From contig NC_133621.1 of assembly GCF_048593235.1 (NCBI RefSeq), positions 219,749,238 through 219,813,237 of the forward strand: a stretch of DNA of 64,000 nt, read 5' to 3'. Origin of the DNA: Sminthopsis crassicaudata. Taxonomy: Eukaryota. The notes under the pieces were generated by a model that made no database searches, was not told where the DNA came from, and saw only the letters and a program-made list of their open reading frames with translations. Shown here piece by piece: positions 47,088 through 56,879 of the stretch (positions within the stretch are counted from its first letter, which is position 1; every line of letters starts with the position of its first letter). The translations under genes and the position numbers were made by a program.

Positions 47088-47104
47088 TCTCCCCCTGGTG
47101 GCTG
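47088..47104 (-). promoter_or_regulatory. CTCF motif between the CD63 and RDH5 3' ends
   Basis: Minus strand CAGCCACCAGGGGGAGA. Confidence 0.6.
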
Positions 47105-47274
47105 TTTTGTGGCAGACTTTAAAAAAATGTGTAGAATTAGAGGGATATTTTTTAAAAGTCCTCAGAAATAAGAGTGAAGGTCGGGATGGGGCAGCTCAAC
47201 TTGGGCAGTGATTGATAGTAGTATGTAGTGCTTGCTTTCCATTCTGTGCCTCAGTTTCTTCCTGGCTAACGGGT

Positions 47275-47498
47275 TCAGCAGACCGCCTGGGCAGGTTTAG
47301 GAAGAACAAAAGTGAGCATAGCGTCCACCAGGCTGGCAGGTAGATAGGAGGCAGGCAGCCAGAGTAACTTGGCATCCCATCCGGGGCTGTATCTTGTGCG
47401 GGGGTAGCGGGCAGTCAGTGCGTGCTCCAGGCAACCACTCACCTTGCCCAAGTCCCCATCGCAGATCAGGTTTATGATGAGCCGTTGTACCTTCAGGT
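47275..47498 (-). CDS. RDH5: 11-cis retinol dehydrogenase, terminal coding exon
   Basis: ttccccag|AC; (Y)[76 protein letters not shown]; 224 nt. Confidence 0.97.
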
Positions 47499-47818
47499 CT
47501 GGGGAAGGAAGGGGAAATCAGACCTTCTTCCACTCAATCTTCCCTACCTAGGGAGTATTTTTTTTTTTTGCCACTATGGCTTGTTCAGGACATTCACAGC
47601 TTCTAGGGTGATTTGGGGTGGGAGGAGCACAAGCTCCACAGGTGGGCAGCAGCACTTTAGCATTACTATCCCTATTAGAACTGAGGGCTCTCCCAAGGGC
47701 CTCTCCTTCACCTTTCCTCTCCATCAGGAGCCAGGATCTCCTTCAACCCTCCACTTTATTTGGATAGGGGACGTTGTGCCCCCTGGACAGACTTTGCCAT
47801 TCAGCTCTAGCTACTCAC

Positions 47819-47982
47819 ATTTGGAGAGGAAGTTGTCCCCATAGCGGGCACGGGTGACAGGAGATAATCGGTTCCAGGAAGCCTGAAGTACCCCCTCCAT
47901 ACTCTCCAAGTTGGTCACTGCTGTGCGGAAGAAGCCTGGTTCCACGATGGAGACCCGGACTCCAAAGTGGGCTATGTCCCGT
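47819..47982 (-). CDS. RDH5: RDH5 coding exon 3
   Basis: ctccag|A...T|gtgagt; [27 protein letters not shown]...; 164 nt. Confidence 0.97.
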
Positions 47983-48485
47983 CTGGAGTAAGGAATATGG
48001 GAGACATTTTTCCTCCCTGAGTTTTTGCCCCCATGAGGGTAATATCCTAAAAGCTACAGGTGAGGGATAGGATGGGAGATATAATTGAGGGGCTATCCCC
48101 CCACCTAAGAACTAGAGGAGGAAGCCAGGGGAGGTCTGATCTACTTGAATTCTGTGAATCCAGCACCACTGGAGTTAGGTTAGAGACCTTTGCCCCTCCT
48201 AGACTTCACCCTGTTCTGGGCATTAGGCTGAGTAGGAAAAAGATACATGGTTCTTCCTGTCTGGGCACTTCTGGTATGATGGAGGAGACAGGGCCTGTGT
48301 GTAGGGCATGGGCACAGGGACAACTACAATGATCTAGGCAAGTAAATGATGCAGACTGGATCAGGGGGGTAAAAGGAGAAGTGGAATAAGGGACTGATCA
48401 CAGTGAGGGTGACATGTTCAAGAGTCCTGGAGCAGACCCTTGCCTACATCTTATGGTACTCTGCAGAGTCCCCCCTCCCCCTCAC

Positions 48486-48744
48486 CGTAGGCTGTCAGAA
48501 AAGGCCTCCACACCATATTTGGAGACACAGTAGCCGCCCCCATTGGCAGCCAGACGGCCCAGGACGCTGCTGATGTTGACTATTCGGCCCTGTGACTGTT
48601 GTATCAAGGGTAGGAGGGCGAGGGTAACTCCGATGGGACCCAGTGTGTTCACTTCTAGCACCTTCCGGTAATCCTCCAGATTCTGCCATGGGGTAGGACC
48701 GATGATCCCAGTGATACCTGCGTTATTCACCAGCCCAAAGAGCC
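48486..48744 (-). CDS. RDH5: RDH5 coding exon 2 (NNAG and catalytic YxxxK)
   Basis: caacag|GG...CG|gtgagg; [10 protein letters not shown]...[18 protein letters not shown]; 259 nt. Confidence 0.97.
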
Positions 48745-48979
48745 CTGTTGGAATTGGTAGTGGTTGGGTAGAGAATAAAAATAGGCCCCATCGACCACCT
48801 GAGAACTAGAAGCACCCTGGTCCAGTTAGATATTAAATGCCTCCGTCTGAAGCATCAGATTACCTACTGTGGGAAACTAGAAAGTTTTATTAAGATATGG
48901 TTCCTGCCTTTAAAGGGAGTCTAGTTAAGGGTATAAAAACATAATACATAAGTGTTTTATATATCTATATCTATATCTA

Positions 48980-48980
<1 letters not shown>

Positions 48981-49016
<36 letters not shown>
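48981..49016. repeat. (TCTA)9 microsatellite in RDH5 intron
   Basis: Direct observation. Confidence 0.97.
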
Positions 49017-49017
<1 letters not shown>

Positions 49018-49264
49018 AGTATAAACAAGAGATGTGCAGGTGCATAGGACAGATGGGAAAAATGATCATGAAATGAACCAGTGAAATGGGGGAATCGGGG
49101 AAAATTTAATAGAAACAGTGGGATGAGAGTTCTGTTTCTCTGAGTGAGAATCTGAGCAGATGCCCAGGCTGGAGGAATGGAGCAGGGAGGCAGTGGTGTG
49201 GGGGGATTTGCAGGGACTGGGAGCACCCAGCTTCCTGTGTCATGGCATCCTTCTCCCCACTCAC

Positions 49265-49574
49265 CTCTCTCTCCCACGAGTGTTCCCACCCACTCAGCCA
49301 CCTGCTGGATGTTCTGGGGGTCAGTGATATCCAGGAGTGTGGTACAAAGTCGAGGAGAAGCAGCCCGCTTCAAGTTTTCTGCCCCTGTGGGTGTCAGGCA
49401 AGCGGCCAACACTCGGAAGCCTCGCCTGTCCAGCCGCAGCGCCAGGTGCCGGCCAAAGCCCGAGTCACAGCCAGTGATGAATACGAAGGCATCGCTGGGG
49501 GGGAGCACCAGCCGGTCTCGGAGGAGCCACAGCACTCCCCAAAGCATGGCACCGAGAAGCAGGAGCAGCCACAT
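49265..49574 (-). CDS. RDH5: RDH5 first coding exon (signal anchor and TGxxxGxG cofactor motif)
   Basis: ATG 49574; [21 protein letters not shown]...[11 protein letters not shown]...VGER+G|gtgagt; 310 nt; total 318 aa. Confidence 0.97.
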
Positions 49575-50259
49575 TGTAGGGGGGAGAGCCCGATGCCTCT
49601 GCATTGAGGATTTAATCGCAAAAGTTGGTCTAGAGAGGTTGTCTTCTTGGAGTCCCTACACTTCTTTCACATTTTGGAATCCGCTTTTCTTTCCTGGATT
49701 CTGCCACCCTCTTTGGCGTGAACCTGGGCAGACCTAAGCAGTATCTCAGGTGGATTCGGAGGTGAGGAAGAGAAAGACAGGTCTACCCAGAGAGAGTTCA
49801 CCACTAGCTAGAGGCCTGGCATTTATTGTGTTCCTACGTACGAGGGACAGGGTAGAAACCTCACTTAGCACCACTGTGTGACAGAAATAGGATGGGCTCT
49901 CCTCCCTCCCTTCCCAGCCCAAATAAGTTTGCCCATATTCTTTACATTTAACTAGGGTCTTTAGTTTTGGGGGGGGGGTCAGGGCTGGGATTCTGGAGAC
50001 CTAAGATCTAGTCACTGCTGTTGCTGTATGACTTCTGGCAAGTATTTAAACTCCCCAGTCTCAGTTTCCTTTTCTGTAGAATGGGCTAAGCTTGCCCTTT
50101 ATGATGGCTAAAGAAAAAAAATGAGCTGATTTATACAGCACTTTGAGAAGTTAAAAGTTACATATTAACACAATACATTTGTTACTATTTGTACCTACTT
50201 GTCATCAAACACTGCTCAGTGATCCTCGACTGGAGGTACCCCCCACTGCCCCAGCTTAC

Positions 50260-50340
50260 CTCAGGGAGCAGCTTTCACAGCACACTGCCCTAGCTTTCTC
50301 CGCTGCCGTGTCTCAGGAATTCTGATCCTCTACCCCTTGC
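50260..50340 (-). other. RDH5: Probable RDH5 non-coding exon 1 (5' end approximate)
   Basis: Strong donor CTGAG|gtaagc at 50260/50259, about 660 nt upstream of the exon-2 acceptor. Confidence 0.45.
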
Positions 50341-50992
50341 CCTGCCTGGCTCCTGCGGGCACAGCAGTGCAAAGTCCAGAGGGGGTGGAGACTCCAGGCA
50401 GCTGGGGCCTTAAGGACTGGGTAAACCCCAATCTGATGGGTTGAACCTAATTCTTGCCTAGACTTTTCTGTGATCTGTTTTCTCTACCTTCTACCCCAAA
50501 GTTCTTTTCCTACCATCAGGGAGGGATGAGTGGCCTCCCATTAAGTGTATGGGGGAATGAACTGGCCAGACATGCCTCTGTCCTAGATGCTTTAATTACC
50601 CCGTCCCCCAGTTCTACTCTTTACTCCCTTCTATTTAGTTCAGTGCCTTATGTACCTTCTGCCCTGATCTGCCCCAGGCTTATGATTGCTCTGTGCCAGC
50701 TTTAGTAGGGAATGCTTGTGTGCATGGGGGTAGAAGACAGTGAGGTCTGGGGGTCCTAAGCTGGTTGTCTCACTGTCCTCTGTGCTATAGGACTAGGATC
50801 TGCTCTAAATCAGGCTGGGTAGGCAAGCAGTATTCCAAGAAGGGATTAGTGAAACTTTCTCCCTTCCTTTTCTCATTAAGGCACTGGGAGCAAGCTAGTT
50901 CAACCCCCCCCCCCCTGCCAATTCCCTAAACCACTGTGTTTGCAGCTGGCTGCCCATCCAAACACACACTACATTTGACCAGATACTTTTGC

Positions 50993-50998
50993 TTTATT
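50993..50998 (-). terminator. BLOC1S1 polyadenylation signal
   Basis: AATAAA on the minus strand about 120 nt after the stop. Confidence 0.85.
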
Positions 50999-51118
50999 GA
51001 GGATCTTGCTGACCTCTCCTTCCCCTAGTTAGCTGAAAATAAGTGAGACAGAAGAGATCCCAGAACTTAGTGATTGAGCGGCTAATTGAGTAGCTGCTGA
51101 GTAGAAGCAAGGAAGAAG

Positions 51119-51229
51119 CTATGAGGGGGCAGGCTGAAGCTGCCCCTTGTAGACATATTCCAGAGCTGTGGCAATTGTCCTCATGTCCAGTTCAATGCTC
51201 CGAGCCCAATTCTCTACATCCCCGATTTC
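51119..51229 (-). CDS. BLOC1S1: BLOC-1 subunit 1 (GCN5L1), exon 4
   Basis: cttcag|GAA; EIGDVENWARSIELDMRTIATALEYVYKGQLQPAPS-TAG. Confidence 0.98.
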   Translation of the reverse strand, partial: EIGDVENWARSIELDMRTIATALEYVYKGQLQPAPS

Positions 51230-51404
51230 CTGAAGAGGAGACAGAGAGAAAAAAGAAAGGGAAGAGTTAGGAAGTGCAGTAAACACCTAGACTCTTCCCA
51301 TCATCCACGTTCTAAGAAGAGACTCCTTTGCCCTCCAGTTTCTGACCATACTGTTAGCTCTTCTACCCACTCTGCACAACAAATAGCCCTTTGTAACTTT
51401 GAAA

Positions 51405-51745
51405 CCAGGGGTTCTTAAGCCTGTTGGTATCTTTGGAAAGCTGGTGAAATCTAGGGACCCTTCTCGGGAAAAGTGTTTCTAACTACACAAAGTAAAATAC
51501 ACAGAATCACAAAGATCACCAATTATATTAAAACTTTGCTGTTGTTGTTTAAAGTTCAAAGTATTGTGTGACTCTCTCTGTCCCTAAATGGGTTTTTCTT
51601 GGCAAAGACAATGTTGTGGTTTGTCATTTCCTTCTCTAGCTCATTTTACAGATAAATATATTAAACTATAGCTACCGAAATATCAAAATAGAGTTATTTT
51701 AAAAAACAAAGAAGTTCACAGACCCCAGGTTAAAAATCTGGGCTC
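51405..51745. mobile_element. MER5/hAT-like MITE interrupted by a Mar1/RTE SINE fragment
   Basis: Begins caggggttcttaa, ends gacccca ggttaaaaatctg; insert 51536-51655 (ggtttttcttggcaaag...gtggtttgtcatttccttctctagctcattttacagat) flanked by near-duplicated atattaaa(a)ct. Confidence 0.65.
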
Positions 51746-52123
51746 TAAACTAAGTAAGCTTTGGATTCATTTTTAGGAACTGAGTGGGGAGACTTAGCTA
51801 ACTGCTAATCATAATATAATTGGCTGAGTGATTTTGCCTTTACTTACCTGTCTCAGTTTCATCATTTATAAAACGAGCCTGTGTCATACAGTGATGTGAA
51901 AGCACTTTGAAAAGTTAAAAACTCCAGACAAATGTAATGTCTTGCTACTTAGCCAGCCCAGGGGGAAGAAAAGTGGAGAGGATGAGGGCTCTGGTTTGGC
52001 TTCTTCTAGCTCCCCACCCCCATTCCTGGAGCCTGAAAGTCCCCCTCAGGAACAGCGAGAAATGTAACAGAAGGGACAACAATAGGAGTGGAACAAAGCA
52101 GGGAGAAGCCTGCTAGGACCTAC

Positions 52124-52256
52124 CTTGAGTGCCTGATTGAAGTTTTCCACCATCCCAATCCACTGGCCTGTCTGCTTGGCAAACTGTGCAGCCTGGACCT
52201 GAAGAGTTTTTACTTCATGGTCCAGCTTCCTCTGATTGACGTAAGCCTGGGCCACA
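52124..52256 (-). CDS. BLOC1S1: BLOC1S1 exon 3
   Basis: ccctccag|T...AAG|gtaggt; VAQAYVNQRKLDHEVKTLQVQAAQFAKQTGQWIGMVENFNQALK; ends in phase 0. Confidence 0.98.
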
Positions 52257-53744
52257 CTGGAGGGTGATGGGATAGAAGGGGAAGGGGTCAGAAGGGGACT
52301 CTTTAGCCCAGCCCAGCCTAATTTCCTCAAGCAGGGAAGAAAGGTAGAAGATAGAACTAAATAGAGAAATTTTTGTACTTTTAGATGGCCAATTAATACC
52401 ATGCAAATAAAATATAAACATACACAAAGCAAAAATAAAAAAAGAGCTCTTTTCTCCCTAGCATGTTCCAATTTGATGCTGGCTTTCAACAGCATATCTC
52501 ACCCATTTCCTCCCTATCTTGGTGAGTTTTTGTGCAACTGGGAAGTATGGTATGGGGGAAGGGTGGGTTAATTGAGGGTAGGAAGAGGGAGTGGGGTGGG
52601 GGGATGATGGGAAAATTTAGCAGTAAGAAAACATCTGGCAGTGATTGGGAGCTCTGGGGATCAGAGAAAGAAGCTGAGTTGGGCCTGATGGAGATGGAAA
52701 GCCCAACCCCTCCCTGAATTGGGGGTGGGATGGGGGAATCACCCCCACCCCAGGAACGCTAGGTCAAGAGGAGGCCCCCTGAGGGACTCATTTCCTCCTC
52801 CCCCTTTCCTCATCCTGTACATGAGGACACACAGCTTTTCTCTTTGCCTGTGAAGCACCCATCCCAAAAGAGGTGGTGTGCAGAGGGGCAGGGAACCCTC
52901 CTCCTTTGGGCTGGCTTGGGCTGCTGCTTCTCTCTAGCCCAGGGGAGTGAGGACTGCAGACCGCACATTGCGTTCCCACTTCCCCACCGCCAGCACCCTT
53001 CTGGGCCTCCAAGGGTGGAATCTGCGGGGGCTGAAGGAGTCAGGGGATCAGGGAGGACGGGAGAGTGGGCAGGACACCTGACCAGGCCTAGGACAGACTG
53101 CGTCTTTGTTCTCTCTTCCGGGGAGTGAGAGGGGCTGTGGGCAGCCACACAAAACCCTTTCAAATCCAGCTCTGGTTAAACTGCCCTGTGCATGGGGAAG
53201 TGGGGCAGCTGCCTCCCTCCCCAGCCGTGGTGAGGAGGGGGGATGGCAGAGGGGGAAGCGAGATGAGTCTTACAGTCTATGGGCACTAGTAGCCCAGAAG
53301 GCGCCAATGTAGGAGGAAAAAAAATGGGGGCAGACAGCTGAGCCACAGCTGGGGTGGGGGAGGCTGGAGTAGGAGAAAGACAGTCAAGAAGCAAAGAGTG
53401 CTCCCTCTCACTTCCTTCCAAAGCAGAGCCTCCAGATTTAGGAATCAAACTGGGAGAAACTTCTGATACCCCCCATTCCCAATCTGTTCCAATCCCCCAA
53501 ACTAAGTACTTGTCCTTTCCCCCAGAGGCCTTCCCATCCCCCAGTCAATGCTCCCTTCCCTTAAGGGAAATGAGCTAATTTGAGCTAAGTGACCCCAGAG
53601 CACAAATGGCTGACATTTGGGTGACTCAGGCCTCAGCCACATCCAGGCTGTTCTAAGCCTCTGCCTTGGGGTAGAGGAGATCCCAGAATTCTCTTCTCTG
53701 CGGAGGGAGCGTCCTGGCTTTCTGTGTAGTCAGGGCCCCCTCAA

Positions 53745-53870
53745 CACTAGCCAGGCCCTGCTCTGCACTAGTCAGGCCTCTGCTCAGTATTAGTCAGGCC
53801 CTGCCCCGCACTAGTCAGGCCCTGCTCTGCACTAGTCAGGTTCCGCTCCACACTAGCCAGGCCTCTGCCC
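53745..53870. repeat. 21-bp minisatellite, about 6 copies, BLOC1S1 intron 2
   Basis: Unit CACTAGTCAGGCCCTGCTCTG starting at 53745, 53766, 53788, 53809, 53830 and 53851. Confidence 0.93.
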
Positions 53871-54216
53871 CCTCCGAAGCCCTGCTTCACTGCCCATCTT
53901 TGGGGAGCAGAGAGTGAAGGCCCTGGGAGCGACTTCTCCCAGCCTGGCTCCGTGCCATCCCCTGGCACAGGGGCTGCGTGCTCAGCTGCGCCTGTCACGC
54001 CCGCTGCACTCCAGCCCACCAGAGCCTGGGGAGGGGGCTCGTGGTGGGGAGAAAGACGCTGCCTTCCCACCGAAAGACCAGCTGGGCAGGGCAGGGCGGA
54101 AGCAGCCGGCAGGCCAGCAGGACCCCGGGTGCTGGGCCGAGGAGCCGAGGACAATCTGCTCCCAGCCTTCCTAATGAGGCCTTGGCCGGTGGGAGGGGCC
54201 CAGATGAGGGGCATAC

Positions 54217-54289
54217 CCGACATTGAGGTGGTCCACCAGGGCTTCTGTCAGGCAGGTGGCTGCGGCGATGGCTTCCCGCCTCCTCTTCT
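54217..54289 (-). CDS. BLOC1S1: BLOC1S1 exon 2
   Basis: ccccag|AG...GG|gtatgc; (E)KRRREAIAAATCLTEALVDHLNV(G); 73 nt. Confidence 0.98.
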
Positions 54290-55172
54290 CTGGGGATTGA
54301 GAGCAGATTCAGACTTCAAGTTCTCAAGCCCGGCCTCGCGTCCAGCCCGAGGTCCACCCGCAGGGAAGCGCTTTGGGGGAGGTCATCTTGGCTTGGGTAG
54401 CTTCAGGGCCCCCCCATTCAAGTAGTGAGGATGACAACGACCCTCGGTTATATGGCGTTTTAAGAGATGAAAATTAATTTACACTTTGTAGTCAAAACTA
54501 GCGGGACATTACCAGGGTTTCACCAGCACAGGAGGCTCTACGTGAGGAACTGCTCCTATTACCCAGGAGGACAGGAAACTTAGTCTCAGTAATAATAACG
54601 ATGTGGCATTAGGTGCGGGCACCCGATTAACCGCTTAGCGGACTAAACAGGTTAAGCGCCTTGCTCAGCGTCACACTGCTGCTAAATGTCTGGGGCTAGA
54701 TTCGAACTCAGGCCCCGCACCCTAGCCATTGGCCTTAGAGACTGGCCTACACCGAGCCCGGGGAAGGAGCGGACTTGACCCAGATCTTTCTGCCTCCATG
54801 TCCTTCGCTCTAGCCACCACGCTGCATCTACTTAGCGTCCGGCACAGCGCCAGGAGCAGGGGATTCAACTACAACCGAGGTCCTTCAGTTTCCCAGGGGT
54901 CGGGAATCCTGGAAGAGTGATTTCCTCCCCCGCAGTTCCCTCGCCCCTCGCCCAAGCCCCGCCCACCCCGGGGGCGCCTTCGCTCGGGGCCAATGGGAGG
55001 CGCTCTCCTGTATCAAGGGCGGGACCGGGTGGGGAGGCGGGAATAGGGGAGGACGTCGCCATGGGGACTGGAGCGGGGTCTGTGAGCCCAGAGCGTCCAG
55101 CCTACCCGGGGCCTCGAGGGCCTAGCCGCAGGCCTTCGGAGAGAGGGCGCGTGGGGCGGGCCTCGGGCTCAC

Positions 55173-55233
55173 CCTGCAGCTCCTTGCGCTCGTTCTGCTT
55201 CGCCTGGTGCTCCTTTAGCAGGCGGGACAGCAT
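55173..55233 (-). CDS. BLOC1S1: BLOC1S1 exon 1 coding part
   Basis: ggccATGc; MLSRLLKEHQAKQNERKELQ+G|gtgagc; total 125 aa. Confidence 0.97.
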
Positions 55234-55308
55234 GGCCAGGCCGGGGTCGGGGCTCGCCCGGGTCTCTCCGGCTTCGGCGGCTATGGCCTCGGCCTCTGCG
55301 GCATCCGC

Positions 55309-55372
55309 GTCACGTGTTCTTACGTCACGGAGACTCTGGGCCCGCCCTCTTCTGGAAGGGCGGGATTGGGTT
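55309..55372. promoter_or_regulatory. BLOC1S1 CpG-island promoter: CLEAR-like E-box, CRE-like site, GC boxes, ATTGG
   Basis: GTCACGTG 55309-55316; TACGTCAC 55321-55328; cccgccc / gggcggg and gattgg immediately upstream. Confidence 0.75.
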
Positions 55373-55679
55373 ATTGGGGTGGAGAAAAAGAGGCGGGGCG
55401 AGGGACTGCGGACTGTGGAGATGCGGGGGGTGGGGGGGAGCGAGACTTCCAAGCGTAACTTAGTGGTCCCCTTCTACGGACTGGACACCTCCAGTGCAAT
55501 GCCCAGGGCTCTGTTTGTTTGACCCTTTTCCCCATCACATCTCAGCTAATGTCCCAAGAAGCCTTTGCGGTCCTCCTTAACGTCAGTGCCTTCCCAGATC
55601 ATTTCTAATGTATCCGGTCTACAGTTGGTTTGTCATCCCTCATTACATTGTAAGCTCCGTGAGGGCTCCTTTTCCTTAT

Positions 55680-55880
55680 ACGCACATGTATTTCGGGCAG
55701 CTAAGAGAACACTGGGCCTGGAGTCAGGAAAACCTGAGTTAGAATATCATTTAACCTCTGCCTGCCTCAGTTTCCTTATCTCTAAAAAGGGGCTAATAAC
55801 TTTTTACACAGCCCCCAGGGTTGTTGTGAGGATCAAATGAGGTAATGATTGTAAAGTATTTGGCACAGAGGCAGGCTCGT
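55680..55880 (+). mobile_element. MIR SINE
   Basis: agaacactgggcctggagtcagga...cctcagtttccttatctctaaaa...agggttgttgtgaggatcaaatgag...gtaaagtatttggcaca. Confidence 0.75.
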
Positions 55881-56089
55881 GGCAAGTGATATGTAATATT
55901 GTAATTATTATAATAAAATATTATATTAAAATAGTTAAAATAAAATATAACAAATTATAATTATAAATAATAATAATAATAATTGTAATTAATTATACTT
56001 ATTGTTTCTTAGTGAACACAGGAACTGTTTCCTTATCTCCCTAGCTTGACACACAGCAGGCACTTAATAAGTATTGATTGATTAATTCT

Positions 56090-56570
56090 CAGTAGCATGA
56101 ATAAAGGCTTGCATGACAAGCTCATCAGATTTGCAGATGATACTTGGAGGGAGAATTAAGGCATTGGCTAACAGGATTCGAAAGTGTTTTGACATTGTAT
56201 CATTTGACTGAAACTAACAAAAAGTTTCAGTAGAGATAAATGAAAAGCGAACTCCACAAGTATAGGATGGTGAAAGACCCAACTAGAGAGCTGTTTGTAT
56301 TAAAAAAAAAGAAAAAAAAAAAAAAAAAGAAAATGACTCCTGAGGATTTTCCAGGATCTTGAAGGGCTAAATGAGAGAGAGAGAGCAATTAGATCTTTTC
56401 TGCCTGGCTCCAGTGAGAGGAAGAAACAGGGGGTGAAAGTTTTAAAGAGGGACAGCTTTAGGCCCGATGTCAGAAAAAATTCAACAGTTAGAGTTGTCCA
56501 AGAGTGAAATGGAGAGAGTGAGTTTCTTCTCTTTGGAAGTCTTCCAGCAGAGACTGGATGACTATTCATT
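56090..56570 (+). mobile_element. CR1/L3 LINE 3' fragment
   Basis: ctcatcagatttgcagatgatac (RT-like end) and gatgtcagaaaaaattc...gagttgtccaa...gagtttcttctctttggaagtcttccagcagagactggatgac. Confidence 0.7.
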
Positions 56571-56879
56571 AAATAATCTTACGTTAAAGATTATTTTGGG
56601 GTGTTGGTTAGACTAGATGACTGATAAAAGGAGAAGAGGAGCACATTCGGGGTATTTGGGGAAAGGAGGAGTGGTGAGAGAAGTTGATAGGAACATTGAG
56701 GAAAATGTAAAAGTCTGAGGGGAAAAGGGAATAGAGGAAAGATGGAGATATTAGTAGTATTTTGGGAGAGGAGAAGAGAATAATGGTTGTATTGGAGGTA
56801 ATAGAGCCGGGGAGTAGTTTGTGAATATTATCAATTTATTTTGGAGATAGTTTTTTTTTGGGAAATATTGAAAGGAGAT

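Noticed and set aside
53745-53870. Possible CRISPR-like array
   Set aside because: Head-to-tail 21-bp units with no unique spacers, in a mammalian intron; an ordinary minisatellite.
55895-56005. Very AT-rich stretch upstream of BLOC1S1
   Set aside because: Low-complexity (AAT/TAA) expansion between SINE and L2 relics; no specific structure.
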